64,000 nt of DNA from the IMG/VR virus record IMGVR_UViG_3300023213_000432, positions 1-64,000 of that record; one strand, written 5' to 3'. The translations under genes were made by a program, and so were the position numbers. This document shows positions 18,375 to 28,410 of the stretch, piece after piece. Under the pieces are notes generated by a model. It was given only the letters and a program-made list of their open reading frames with translations, was not told the DNA's origin and did no database searches. Position 1 is the first letter of the stretch. Every line of letters begins with the position of its first letter. Source of the stretch: a virus (taxonomy: Duplodnaviria; Caudoviricetes).

Positions 18375-18594
18375 AAATAGAAAGCTATACGAGATTTTGA
18401 GAGACCAAAAAGTAGTCATTCAAAAAGCCGCACCATTGTCAAGTTCTAATTCTTTCTTTGTTTATATGTTCCTTACTGAAGGCGAGCTTCTGGCATTATC
18501 CAATGCTTTGAAAACTAATCCAACTCCGGTTGGTTCCAATGTTTTAAACTATTTGAATCATGCTATCACAGAAGCAAAAACAGATCTTAAATGA
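18358..18594 (+). CDS. hypothetical protein
   Basis: start re-called at MPIEL; ATGA overlap with ligase. Confidence 0.6.
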   Translation: MPIELKNRKLYEILRDQKVVIQKAAPLSSSNSFFVYMFLTEGELLALSNALKTNPTPVGSNVLNYLNHAITEAKTDLK

Positions 18595-19619
18595 CACGTT
18601 TCAAGCTTCTGACCAGAGACCAATTTAGAGAACAAGTTTTTGCCAGAGATAAATATCAGTGCGTGGTTTGTAAAGCGGCTGCGGTCGATTCCCACCATGT
18701 TCTCGAAAGACGTTTGTTTAGCGATGGTGGCTATTATCTTACCAATGGAGTTTCCGTCTGTGCCGAATGCCATCTTCAAGCAGAAGCTACTACCATTTCT
18801 TGTGATAAATTGAGAGAATTAGCCGGAATCAAAGAGTTCCCCATTCCAGATCATTTGGATCTCAACGGCAAATATGATAAATGGGGTAACGAAATTCTTC
18901 CCAATGGGATGCGGTTGAAGGGAGAGTTGTTCGAGGAAGTTCCGGTGCAGAAAATATTGGCACCAATGCTGTCATTATTTGGAGAGCATTTTAAATATCC
19001 ACGAACTTACCATTTTCCATGGAGCCACGGACTGATCAATGATGATCGGATGCTGGAAGATTTATCATCTTTTCAGGGAGAGCAAGTAGTTTCTACCGTT
19101 AAAATGGACGGAGAGAATACTACTTTTTATTCTGATCATCTTCACGCCCGCTCTTTGGACTACAAGCCTCATCCGTCCCGAGACTGGATCAAATCACTAC
19201 ATGGGAGAATCGCTCACGAGATCCCGAAAGGTTATAGAGTCTGCGGAGAAAATGTTTTCGCATCACATTCCATTTATTATCAGCACTTGGACGATTACTT
19301 TTTCGTTTTCTCAGTTTGGAACGATAAGAACGTGTGTCAATCGTGGGATGAAACGGTAGAGTGGGCAGAATTGCTTGGACTGAAAACCGTCCCAATTCTC
19401 TATGATGGAATATGGGATGAGACCAAAATCAAAGGATTGTATCAGGAAGTATTTAACGGGGATCCGTGCGAAGGATATGTGATCAGGGTGAGACGGGCAT
19501 TTCACTATCGGGAGTTCAAAAATGTTGTTGGTAAGTTTGTAAGAAAGGGACATGTTAGTCCCGACAACGATCACTGGATGCATCAGAAAGTTATTCCAAA
19601 CAAATTGAGAACTTCATGA
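18591..19619 (+). CDS. HNH-domain-fused ATP-dependent RNA ligase
   Basis: N-term CVVC..DSHHV..N..CAECH; ligase KYPRT, motif I KMDGEN, GEN, EGYV, GKFVR. Confidence 0.85.
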   Translation: MTRFKLLTRDQFREQVFARDKYQCVVCKAAAVDSHHVLERRLFSDGGYYLTNGVSVCAECHLQAEATTISCDKLRELAGIKEFPIPDHLDLNGKYDKWGNEILPNGMRLKGELFEEVPVQKILAPMLSLFGEHFKYPRTYHFPWSHGLINDDRMLEDLSSFQGEQVVSTVKMDGENTTFYSDHLHARSLDYKPHPSRDWIKSLHGRIAHEIPKGYRVCGENVFASHSIYYQHLDDYFFVFSVWNDKNVCQSWDETVEWAELLGLKTVPILYDGIWDETKIKGLYQEVFNGDPCEGYVIRVRRAFHYREFKNVVGKFVRKGHVSPDNDHWMHQKVIPNKLRTS

Positions 19620-19891
19620 AACATTTTACCTACGTTAATCCAAATCTTCCAATTACATTGGAGGTTTTTTGGCCCGAACGTAAGGAAGATAGTGGATATT
19701 ATTATTTCATTCCTACAGGCTATGAAGGAAAACAATCTCAATTTGATATTGGTTTTTGTTCCGAATATTTTGATCAAGTTGGTGTATCAAAATTTTTGGA
19801 TAATGTCTATTCTATAAAAGATGCTCAAGCGGAGTTAAGTTGGAAAAAATCATTGATCGCGGTATTGCCATTGTGTAAAAAGAAAGATTGA
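19616..19891 (+). CDS. hypothetical protein
   Basis: ATGA-coupled to ligase. Confidence 0.6.
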   Translation: MKHFTYVNPNLPITLEVFWPERKEDSGYYYFIPTGYEGKQSQFDIGFCSEYFDQVGVSKFLDNVYSIKDAQAELSWKKSLIAVLPLCKKKD

Positions 19892-19894
19892 ATT

Positions 19895-20077
19895 ATGCGT
19901 TCTGCTGATTTTTTGTTTCCTGATCGTCGATTTGCTTTGCAAGAGAAAAGGTGCATCAAACCCCCTTTTGGATGCGGCAAAGCGATCAAAGAATTTCCAA
20001 ACAAATTGTCGGAACGAGAGTATAATATTAGTGCCCTTTGTCTGAATTGTCAAAAGGAAATTTTTGGAGAAGATTAA
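19895..20077 (+). CDS. small zinc-binding phage protein
   Basis: GCGK..EY.ISALCLNCQKEIFG. Confidence 0.7.
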   Translation: MRSADFLFPDRRFALQEKRCIKPPFGCGKAIKEFPNKLSEREYNISALCLNCQKEIFGED

Positions 20078-20392
20078 GATGTAGCTCCCACTCTGGTAGA
20101 TGAGTTAGCACTCTATCAGTTGGAAGCATCCAGAGAGACCCAATTTGGGTATTGTTTGGCTAACCAAGCAATAAGTGTCCAGAATTAGGAGCGATAGGTT
20201 GGACAGGGTTTTGGCGAGTTTTCCTACCTCTTTGGAAAACAAAATTCGCTTTCTTCTTTGTTGTTGGCGCTTTCATTTTAGAGAATTAAAGCATCGGAAC
20301 TTTTGTAATTACACTCGAAACCCAAATATGAAAAGAGGAAAAGACAATTATTTTTTTATCACAATGATAGAGATTTATTTGTTTAAAAGATC

Positions 20393-21319
20393 ATGAAAGA
20401 AATTATCGTAAAAACTCAGCAAGAATTTGACGCTCTTCCTTCCGTATTCGAAGAACACACTAGGATCGTCATTCAAAATAACCCATCGGATGGACGGATT
20501 CAGATTAAGAAGTCGTGCGGCAATTCCTCTGTGGTGGCGTGGGGCAATTCCTCTGTGGCGGCGCTCGGCAATTCCTCTGTGGAGGCGTGGGACAATTCCT
20601 CTGTGGTGGCGTGGGGCAATTCCTCTGTGGTGGCGTGGGACAATTCCTCTGTGGTGGCGCGTGGCAATTCCTCTGTGGAGGCGTCGGGCAATTCCTCTGT
20701 GGTGGCGTGGGGCAATTCCTCTGTGGAGGCGCGTGGCAATTCCTCTGTGGTGGCGTGGGGCAATTCCTCTGTGGTGGCGTCGGGCAATTCCTCTGTGGTG
20801 GCGTGGGACAATGTTGGAGTCCATTTGCAATCTGACTCGGCAAGCGTTGTTCTATTTATGTTTGCGGTTTGCTGGATCTTGCAAAAAGGTAGAGTGGAGA
20901 AAAAATCGGAAACTGCAACTATTATTGATCCCAAACCAGTCATAGGAACGGACGGATGGCTCAATTCTCAAGGAATTGCCGCCAAAGACGATCATGCAGT
21001 TCTTTACAAAAAGGTGTCAGCCAACTTTCAAACTCAAGAAGAAACGACACAAGAAACATGTTGGAAAGTAGGAAAGACAGTAGAACATCCAAATTGGTCT
21101 CCAGAGGAATCGGAATGCGGAGAAGGTAAATTTCATGCTTGCTCCCGACCTTACTTTTGTGATGAATTCAGAAACAAAACAGGAGATAGATATATTGCAG
21201 TGAGAGTCCCAATCAAAGATTTGTATGTGTGGTCCAATGGATCTTATCCTCACAAGGTTGCGTTTAGAACAGGAACGGTTCTTTATGAATGCAATAAGTT
21301 TGGAAAGAAAATAGGTTGA
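20393..21319 (+). CDS. octapeptide-repeat (GNSSVVAW) probable beta-solenoid phage protein
   Basis: 12 tandem 8-aa repeats then globular domain with [10 protein letters not shown]. Confidence 0.85.
   Translation: MKEIIVKTQQEFDALPSVFEEHTRIVIQNNPSDGRIQIKKSCGNSSVVAWGNSSVAALGNSSVEAWDNSSVVAWGNSSVVAWDNSSVVARGNSSVEASGNSSVVAWGNSSVEARGNSSVVAWGNSSVVASGNSSVVAWDNVGVHLQSDSASVVLFMFAVCWILQKGRVEKKSETATIIDPKPVIGTDGWLNSQGIAAKDDHAVLYKKVSANFQTQEETTQETCWKVGKTVEHPNWSPEESECGEGKFHACSRPYFCDEFRNKTGDRYIAVRVPIKDLYVWSNGSYPHKVAFRTGTVLYECNKFGKKIG
20519..20806 (+). repeat. 24-bp coding tandem repeat x12
   Basis: unit ggcaattcctctgtggtggcgtgg, aattcctctgtgg invariant. Confidence 0.95.
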
Positions 21320-21362
21320 TAATTTTGGTGTGCCCTCAAAATCTAAAAAAAACAGAACAAAA

Positions 21363-21865
21363 ATGAAACAAGCAACGGCAATTTTTCTTTTTTGTGTAGA
21401 TGTAGTTGGCAGTTGAATGAAACACATCATTATCAATATTACATTGAAGACGGATTTACCATTGATCAGCAAGGTATTATTATTAATTCATTTTTGGAAT
21501 GGGAATATTTAACGGATAAAACAGTTTCTTTCGAGCCTGTAATTATACCTGAAGGCCAACATTTAATTCACATTTATCCGGGCACAATTAAAACTTTAGA
21601 TCATCGCGCCGGGTTAACAACTCCTTATTATGAAACTATAAAATTAGCGACAGATCAAATAAATGAAAATTTTAGAAAGACTGCTTTGCACGAGGTAGGT
21701 CATTCTATAGGTCTTTCGCATACAGGTCAAGGAACAATAATGTGTGCTACTCTTGGGTGTACAAATTTAGATATTACCTGTGCCGATTTAGAACAGTTTT
21801 GTGAGGTGTGGAGGTGCGATCCCACTCCACTGTGCAAACGATTAGTAGAGAATACCGCCCAATGA
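21363..21865 (+). CDS. matrixin (M10)-like metalloprotease, leader split by 1-nt frameshift
   Basis: HEVGHSIGLSH plus Met-turn IM; ATG 21363 leader joins main frame if the T6 run near 21390 is T7. Confidence 0.75.
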
Positions 21866-22067
21866 AATTAAACGAGACGACTTCAATGCTATTCCGTGGA
21901 AGTGGGAGCATGGAGGAGGGTTTAAGTGCCCGAAATGCACATCTACTACAGAAAAGAACATAAAAGTATCAATCTGTTTTTGCGAAGAATATCCAAAAGA
22001 ACACTTCCATTTCGAATGTAAGTACTGTAGTCGGGAATCCTTGATGAGGACATCGGATGATAATTAA
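21862..22067 (+). CDS. zinc-finger protein, paralog of 48325, apparent 1-nt deletion at start
   Basis: frame from 21864 gives PWKW..CPKC..CFCEEYPKEHFHFECKYC..RTSDDN; ATG is one base out of frame. Confidence 0.6.
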
Positions 22068-22068
22068 A

Positions 22069-22425
22069 ATGAATCAGATATGTCAAGCATCTTCGGAAAC
22101 TGATGGTCACTGTTGTTGCTACTTGTGTTGTTTCAGTAATGTAACTCTTGATCCTGGTAAAAATCATGAAGTGAGTATTAAAACTCATTGGATTCTTCGG
22201 ATGATTGCTATTGGAATTATTGCCCTATGTTGTATTCGGTGTGTTCCCAAGCAAAGCAATATTGTTATTGAAGTGGCTCCCCCTGACTTTTCTATTCCAC
22301 CAAGCACTTCAAAAGTGGAAGAGACTGAGTGGAGAGCGCCTAAGAGTAATTGGATTGTTTTTCCTATTTCTCCGCCCGGCACGGTGGATGAGTGGTTTGC
22401 AGATGGCACGGCATTGGATCCCTAA
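22069..22425 (+). CDS. hypothetical protein with Cys cluster and TM segment
   Basis: ORF track; may be two genes. Confidence 0.5.
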   Translation: MNQICQASSETDGHCCCYLCCFSNVTLDPGKNHEVSIKTHWILRMIAIGIIALCCIRCVPKQSNIVIEVAPPDFSIPPSTSKVEETEWRAPKSNWIVFPISPPGTVDEWFADGTALDP

Positions 22426-22870
22426 TCCAAAGAAAGATTGGACGGAACGTGTTTTTGGAAAATCCGTAGTGTTGAAAGAGGATGGAATATATCGTTCTCC
22501 TCAAGGAAGAACTTGGCCTTTATGGGCAATTCAGTGTTCTTGCGGAAATATTTTTCATCGAAGCACCATTCAGTTAGCTAAGGGTGTTCGTCGGAAAATG
22601 GGATTTTGGTGTAGTTATCAGTGCTTTTGTAATTCTTTGCGTAAGCCTCCCAAAATTAAACCACCTAGCAAGAGAGTTGAGTTTCCTTGTGGATGCGTCA
22701 AAGAAGGTAAGTATTATGTAGCACTGGCTAGGAATTGCGTTTTGGATTCTAGTGGAAGTATTTATTCGGTGGTTGGTTGGCGCCATTGGAAACAAAATGT
22801 TGGATCTTTGATGGGTTCGAGGAAAGAGAACACTAGGTTCTATCGTTCATCTTATCAAAAGGTAATTTGA
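22403..22870 (+). CDS. hypothetical Cys-rich protein
   Basis: CSCG, CSYQC, PCGC; start re-called at MARHW. Confidence 0.55.
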   Translation: MARHWIPNPKKDWTERVFGKSVVLKEDGIYRSPQGRTWPLWAIQCSCGNIFHRSTIQLAKGVRRKMGFWCSYQCFCNSLRKPPKIKPPSKRVEFPCGCVKEGKYYVALARNCVLDSSGSIYSVVGWRHWKQNVGSLMGSRKENTRFYRSSYQKVI

Positions 22871-23064
22871 TGGACTATCATTATATTATTATTTGTGGAT
22901 GTCTGAGATATACTTGCCTCAATCGAGAACAAGCTGATAAACAACTTAGAAAATTGGCGGATGCAGGTATGAAAGAAGCTCATGTGTATAGAATGTGGGA
23001 GACTGTTGATTTAAAGAATCTTAGCAAGATCAAAAAAGACGAGCGGATGCAATTAAGCTACTAA
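22867..23064 (+). CDS. hypothetical protein
   Basis: overlap-coupled ORF. Confidence 0.55.
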   Translation: MMDYHYIIICGCLRYTCLNREQADKQLRKLADAGMKEAHVYRMWETVDLKNLSKIKKDERMQLSY

Positions 23065-23071
23065 CTCGAAG

Positions 23072-23231
23072 CTTGGCCAGAATATTGCATCTAGACATTC
23101 GGGAAAGACCGGATAATGGTGGAATGAGATTGATAAATCTGTGCTACTCCACTCTATGCACAGCGCCTCACTGGCGCGAAAGATATAGGTACATCCTGAT
23201 CCAGTGTTAATGGATGTGCCATTTTGTTTTT
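23072..23231 (+). ncRNA. candidate structured RNA upstream of tmRNA
   Basis: hairpins 23139-63, 23163-77, 23188-220 (last followed by T-rich tract); possible GTGGA/TCCAC pseudoknot. Confidence 0.3.
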
Positions 23232-23278
23232 GAAATAACTATAATAGCTTATACTAAAATTTTGGTATTCTTACTATC

Positions 23279-23636
23279 GGGCCCAAACAGGTTTCGACGG
23301 GGAAATGTAGTTAATATTGCGTACAAGAGCGTTCGAACTCTTTTAATCGAACAACGTTATAAATGCTAACGATAATAATGCATTTGTTCAGATGCCCTTG
23401 GCAGCCTGAGCACGGCTTAACAATAAGAAGTTCTGGTAATCGTTAAGTTGTCAACCCACAAGAACTGACAGCGCGGAAAGACGAGCAAACAACAGTTTCT
23501 CGTGTTCTGTCAAAACACGATGTTGGAGGACAAAACGGAAATCCGTTCGTCCTTCGTTTCTGAACGTAAATCAGATATGTACGTAGATGGTATTATTGAA
23601 ATTTTTCCGGACGCCGTTCAATTCGGCATGGGTCCA
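23279..23636 (+). ncRNA. ssrA: tmRNA
   Basis: 5' GGGCCCA..GGTTTCGACGGGG, 3' T arm GCCG-TTCAATT-CGGC and TGGGTCCA; tag frame 23365-23409 ANDNNAFVQMPLAA*. Confidence 0.95.
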
Positions 23637-24665
23637 CTATGACGCTTTCTTGGCAATATTGCATTTATTATGATTGGCAACTTCTTTACAAAATTCAATC
23701 ACTTGTTCATCAGTAAAAGTATTGCGAGCATAATTAGCCATAAGTGATACGAATCTAACATTACCAGCAACATATCCTTTGGAATTGTCAATACGATCTA
23801 AGCTTGCGTTGTATGGGCTGAGTTTAATTTGCCCACCTTCCCCGCTGTTCTTTGGAAGTATCATCGTTTGATTAGTAAAGGGACACATACCTAATTGTAA
23901 GTCCCATAAGTTTTTCAAATAATATTCGGAAACTGGTATGCCATACTTTTCTCTTTTTTCTTTTGCTCGGTTTCGTAAAATTTTAGAAAACCATTTAAAC
24001 GGCGAATAGACGTCCGATTTTGAATGTTGTATTATGACAGAGAGATCTTGATCATGCATTGTAGGATTCAACGATAATGCGATCCATTCCATTTTGATAG
24101 TTGCGTCATATTGATGAGCATTAGCTACGATCTGACAAAAGTCAATCAATTCTTCATCAGAAAATATATTTCTGGCATAATTTGCCATCAGCGATATAAA
24201 CCTAACATTTTCTACAATATATCCCACTTCATTGTTAATTCTATCAAGGCTACCGTTGTTTGGTTTGTGATAATCCCAACCACAAGATCCTCTTGGTAAG
24301 TTCAAAAAATTGCCCGTAAATGGACAAGTGCCTGTTTGAGTATGCCACAATTCTTTTAAAAAATTTTCAGATATATTGCTTAGTCCAATCCGTGTAAACT
24401 TTTTTTTAGTTTTGGAGTAACTCTGTCTGGTTCTAATTCGTCGTGTGAACCACCTAAATGGAGATAGTTCGTCCATTTTCTTTACGGGCAAATTTTCAAT
24501 ATGACCTACATGTTTTCTTGGTATTTCTCTATTGCCATAAACCATGGAACATGAAAGAGAACAAAAGAATCTTGTATGTCCTTTTCTCATACGACGATCG
24601 TATTCCTTCTTCTCTTTAACGAAAAGCTTCTTGCACTCAAAGCATTCTAATTCAACTGTTTTCAT
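23637..24665 (-). CDS. tandem-domain HNH-like (SLDRID-type) endonuclease
   Basis: two copies of CPFT...SLDRI.N..GY...NVRF.SLMANYARN; N-terminal CxxC..CS..C. Confidence 0.8.
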   Translation of the reverse strand: MKTVELECFECKKLFVKEKKEYDRRMRKGHTRFFCSLSCSMVYGNREIPRKHVGHIENLPVKKMDELSPFRWFTRRIRTRQSYSKTKKKFTRIGLSNISENFLKELWHTQTGTCPFTGNFLNLPRGSCGWDYHKPNNGSLDRINNEVGYIVENVRFISLMANYARNIFSDEELIDFCQIVANAHQYDATIKMEWIALSLNPTMHDQDLSVIIQHSKSDVYSPFKWFSKILRNRAKEKREKYGIPVSEYYLKNLWDLQLGMCPFTNQTMILPKNSGEGGQIKLSPYNASLDRIDNSKGYVAGNVRFVSLMANYARNTFTDEQVIEFCKEVANHNKCNIAKKAS

Positions 24666-24680
24666 AACGCACTCTCTTTC

Positions 24681-24709
24681 ATAGGTATGTTATTTTATGC
24701 ACTTCCACC
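24681..24709 (-). promoter_or_regulatory. sigma70-like promoter of the HNH gene
   Basis: minus strand TTGATT-17 nt-TAAAAT upstream of ATG 24665; coordinates approximate. Confidence 0.4.
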
Positions 24710-24880
24710 AATAAAATCAATAACATACGAGTCAAAAAATGAACGGCGAAACCTACAAAACTTTGGAGCATTACCATCAATGAAACGTAAAGTTAAAAGA
24801 ACACCCAAACGAATTGGAAGCTGAGTGGCGTTTCAAAGATGAAACAAACCCGCAAAAATACTTACAGGAGAAAAATATCT

Positions 24881-25141
24881 ATGTTAATATACCCAAGCAT
24901 GTTGGTGGCTGCGGCAAAAGAAGCCGGAATCAAAGTTCCTAAGAATCCGGACGGTAAATTCGATGCTCATAAGTACCCCCACTTCCAAGCCTTCTGCAAT
25001 ATCCAACTGAATAGACCTATGTTTTCTTTTTCGGAACATTGGGACAATGCCAAAGTGCTTGCTAAGTTTTCCGTCAAGAAACTTAAAAGGCTGACAATTA
25101 AGAATTTTATTAAGGCAGGTGGAAGAGTGGTGCTAGGATGA
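24881..25141 (+). CDS. hypothetical protein
   Basis: AGGAG RBS before MLIYP. Confidence 0.65.
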   Translation: MLIYPSMLVAAAKEAGIKVPKNPDGKFDAHKYPHFQAFCNIQLNRPMFSFSEHWDNAKVLAKFSVKKLKRLTIKNFIKAGGRVVLG

Positions 25142-25187
25142 AGAATGTTAAATTTATTTCAGACAACTAATCATTAAAATAACAGTC

Positions 25188-25403
25188 ATGGCACCCAAGA
25201 AAAAGCTAAAAATGTTCCACTTTCTAGCAGCCTGTGTTGAAGAGGGTCGTATTAGACCTATTTTGTGGAATGTTAGCGTCAAATCTAACACTAAATATCG
25301 TGCTGCTGATGCAGCTAAAGCCGAATTGGAATCAAAAGGATTTACAGTAGGAGATATGGTTGATGTTCCCTATCTCGGCAGATCTAAAGAAAATTGGAGG
25401 TGA
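25188..25403 (+). CDS. hypothetical protein
   Basis: ORF track. Confidence 0.6.
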   Translation: MAPKKKLKMFHFLAACVEEGRIRPILWNVSVKSNTKYRAADAAKAELESKGFTVGDMVDVPYLGRSKENWR

Positions 25404-25406
25404 AAA

Positions 25407-26387
25407 ATGGGACTTTCCGACGAAGAGAGATATTCAGGTATTGCTTATGTCGTGGATGAATTGAGTAGTCTCAAGCCATTTAGGCAATACGAATTCGAAG
25501 CTTTTAATCCTATCCTCCAATCCCTTTGGCTTGCTTTCCTCGGAGAATCATCCAATGGAACGCATTGGCTTTTAGGAAGTGACTCCCACCAAAATAAACT
25601 AGACGGTCTTGGATTGTTTAGCGCAGCTATGATGCGAGCTAAATCAGAACTTCTGGAAGATGTTGTTTTCCAAAAAGATGATCAAGATGACGATGGAGAA
25701 GATGATGAAGAAGACGATCCGTCAGATGCTTGGCTCAAATACCAAAAAGAGTTTGCGCCTGATGCTTTAAAATTTCTATCAGATCAACGCGATAATTCTG
25801 CTATTCGTCCAAATGAAGATCGGGATGTTTTCTTCATTTATCGAATGACGGAAAATTACTTTTATCGCGCTAATCGATACCCGGATGAATTTGCAGAGAA
25901 GCTTCGTCCCTTGACCGATAAAATGTGTCAGTTACAAGGACTATGTTATCATGCGTTTTCCACTAATCCCGTATTCTTAAAAGCTTGGATGGCAGGCAAT
26001 ATCTTCGAAAAGATCTTGACCTATGACTCCAAGGACATGGTTAATCAATGGTTCAAAAAATACTGTTTGCATCACTATGTCAGTTTGGACAATCTGGATA
26101 ATCAGTTCATCTGGGATACCTTTAAACAATATCAGAAAGAAAATCCAAATCTCCAATCTCGTTTTGAGGTTGTCTTAAAGTTTGTAGGTAGGCAATATCA
26201 TTATAAGGATTCACACGAAGATCTCTTTAAGATGATTGAGGAACATAATAAGGGCGCAGAAGAAAAAATCGATTTGGACAAAATCAAAGCTCTATGTCAA
26301 GAGAATGCAGATAAGCACACAAAATACGAAAAGGAAATGCGAGAAGGCTATAGTTCGTATTGTCATTTGACGGAGCAAGAACTTTGA
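25407..26387 (+). CDS. hypothetical protein with acidic insert
   Basis: 326 aa, GGAGG RBS. Confidence 0.8.
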   Translation: MGLSDEERYSGIAYVVDELSSLKPFRQYEFEAFNPILQSLWLAFLGESSNGTHWLLGSDSHQNKLDGLGLFSAAMMRAKSELLEDVVFQKDDQDDDGEDDEEDDPSDAWLKYQKEFAPDALKFLSDQRDNSAIRPNEDRDVFFIYRMTENYFYRANRYPDEFAEKLRPLTDKMCQLQGLCYHAFSTNPVFLKAWMAGNIFEKILTYDSKDMVNQWFKKYCLHHYVSLDNLDNQFIWDTFKQYQKENPNLQSRFEVVLKFVGRQYHYKDSHEDLFKMIEEHNKGAEEKIDLDKIKALCQENADKHTKYEKEMREGYSSYCHLTEQEL

Positions 26388-26532
26388 AGATTTTGGTTTA
26401 TGATACCAAGCATAAGTTTCCTTGGAAGGTTCCTTTTCAGGAAATTCGATGTGGAACTTTTCGATATTGGTGTTATTTTGTTTGGTATGGAATCAAAAAG
26501 TTAGCACGGGAATTTTACTACACGAAGATCAA

Positions 26533-26691
26533 ATGATTAGAATTTACGTGCCAAGACCTTACAAAGGACCATATCCTGTTGGCAACTGTTCTTGTGGGAA
26601 ACCAACATCTTGTCAAAAGGATGGAAAATTTCGTTGTAGTGAATGTCAATGGTTCGATAATATTCGCAGGAAACAAAGAGAAAAAACATGA
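26533..26691 (+). CDS. small zinc-finger protein
   Basis: CSCG..RCSEC. Confidence 0.5.
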   Translation: MIRIYVPRPYKGPYPVGNCSCGKPTSCQKDGKFRCSECQWFDNIRRKQREKT

Positions 26692-27096
26692 ATACTGTGT
26701 ATGTTGTTGTATATGACTATTATCGCCTTTATGATGTCGATGTTCAGGTTTTTGAATCTCCAGGATCAGATTGAAGAATGGTTCGATTTGGACAATGACA
26801 GATGCGTGGAAGATGTCCGTCAAATCAATAAGTTTATCTCAGAAAAAAAGTATGGTGAAGCGATCGAATTTTTCAATGAATCTCATGAGTGTTATGAGTT
26901 TGAGTTTAAAGTTCGTGTGTATGTGCGAATTCCTGAAAAATGTGGCGCCAGTCCTAAGATTTTTAAAGAGGATTATTTTGGATCTTCACTTGCCGATAAG
27001 GAAAAAGAGTGGAAAAACGAAATTGCTAATGGAAAGACTAAATTAGGTTTTGAAGAATGGCAAAAGAAGCAAAAGAGATTGAGGGAAATTTCATGA
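26688..27096 (+). CDS. hypothetical protein, apparent +1 frameshift near 26758
   Basis: MNTVYVV..VQVFES joins QDQIEEW if one C is removed. Confidence 0.5.
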
Positions 27097-27251
27097 AGCG
27101 TAAGGTTGAGAGTTGGGTTTTTACTCATAAAGGTAAAAAATACCGAGCTTACACAGATGGCTTTCGAACATTTACTGTAATGCTGCCTATTGTTAAAAAA
27201 AAGAGTTTTGCTAAACTTTGCACCTTCGATAGTGCTAACAATGCGAGTTGA
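27093..27251 (+). CDS. hypothetical protein
   Basis: ATGA-coupled. Confidence 0.45.
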   Translation: MKRKVESWVFTHKGKKYRAYTDGFRTFTVMLPIVKKKSFAKLCTFDSANNAS

Positions 27252-27302
27252 AAATGAGATGGCAATTAGATCAAAAGAATAAATCCGACTCCAAGCGCAA
27301 AT

Positions 27303-27542
27303 ATGGATTTAAAGATACTGATCCTCTTGCCTCCCATTCTGTTTCTAACCGAGAGCTATGGAAAAGCGGTGGATATCAATCTTCTGCCAAAGAAAAAAAA
27401 GATGCTAAGCGCCAGCCAACAATATAAAATAGCGTGTAACCTGTTCAGAAAGGCAGAAGAAGAGAAAAATTTCTTAGGAATGGTCGTGGCTCTAGCAGCT
27501 ATTCATGCAGCTCTTCGATTTCTAGGGAGCGTTCCATCGTGA
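27303..27542 (+). CDS. hypothetical protein
   Basis: ORF track; start uncertain. Confidence 0.4.
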   Translation: MDLKILILLPPILFLTESYGKAVDINLLPKKKKMLSASQQYKIACNLFRKAEEEKNFLGMVVALAAIHAALRFLGSVPS

Positions 27543-27583
27543 GCCAGTGCGAAGTTTTATAGGAGCCTTTGAAATAATCATAG

Positions 27584-28368
27584 TTAAAAATCGATTTTTT
27601 GAGGATTATATGCAACCACCATTCTACACCAATCGATGAATTCATTAGTTGTTAATGTGTTTCTCATCAGGTTTATTCTCTTGTGAACCCATTGAATATT
27701 TCCTTCGATATATCCCTTTGAATTATCGATACGATCTATTGAGGCTGTAGTTCGAGAATTTTTTCCAAATCCGAACACAAGTGGATATCCAGTGAATGCA
27801 CATTTTCGGCTCTGTTTCTCAAAAAGTAGCCATGCATTCTCTATTGTGATAGTGAATTCAAGACCTCGTCTCTCAGCACTCCTTTGGCATCTACCCCAAA
27901 ATTTTCTTCCAATCTCTCCAAAACCGATAAAACCTGAGTTGTTGGGACCACTATTGCGTAAATATTGATCCCTGCGGCATCCACACGAAGTTGTCAATCC
28001 TCTTTTTATCGAACTTTGCAAAACGATAAACTTTTCATTGCCACAATTCAAGCAATGGCAAATAGCATAGTAACTGCCTCTGGCTTTTCCATATTCTGTT
28101 TTTCCTGCCTGTTCCATTGCATATACTTTCAAAAACCAAAAGTTTGACCAACCAAATTGGTTAATGGCGGTTTTCTTGCCCTTGGAATACATCCACAATT
28201 CGCCATTCTACTGCGTCTAAGATTAGTTGGCATTCTAATAACTTTGTTGCCACATTGACATTGACACTCGGCATGATATAGTGTGCCCTTCTTTATCATT
28301 CCAATAACTTCAAGCATTCCAAACTTTTGACCTGTTATATCTTTAAAGCTCGTTTTTTGATCCTTCAT
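27584..28368 (-). CDS. HNH-like (SIDRID-type) endonuclease with two CxCG repeats, split by -1 frameshift at 28131
   Basis: DITGQKFG..CQCQCG and NLVGQTFGF/LKV..CLNCG..SCGC, then SIDRIDNSKGYIEGNIQWV. Confidence 0.8.
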
Positions 28369-28410
28369 ATCTGCAATGCCGCTTTATGCCTAAATAGAGG
28401 ATAAATAGTT

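Noticed and set aside
20078-20175. GATGTAGCTC..TGGTAGA as a tRNA
   Set aside because: No T arm, anticodon arm or full acceptor stem
20519-20806. 24-bp array as a CRISPR array
   Set aside because: No spacers, in-frame inside a CDS, no cas genes
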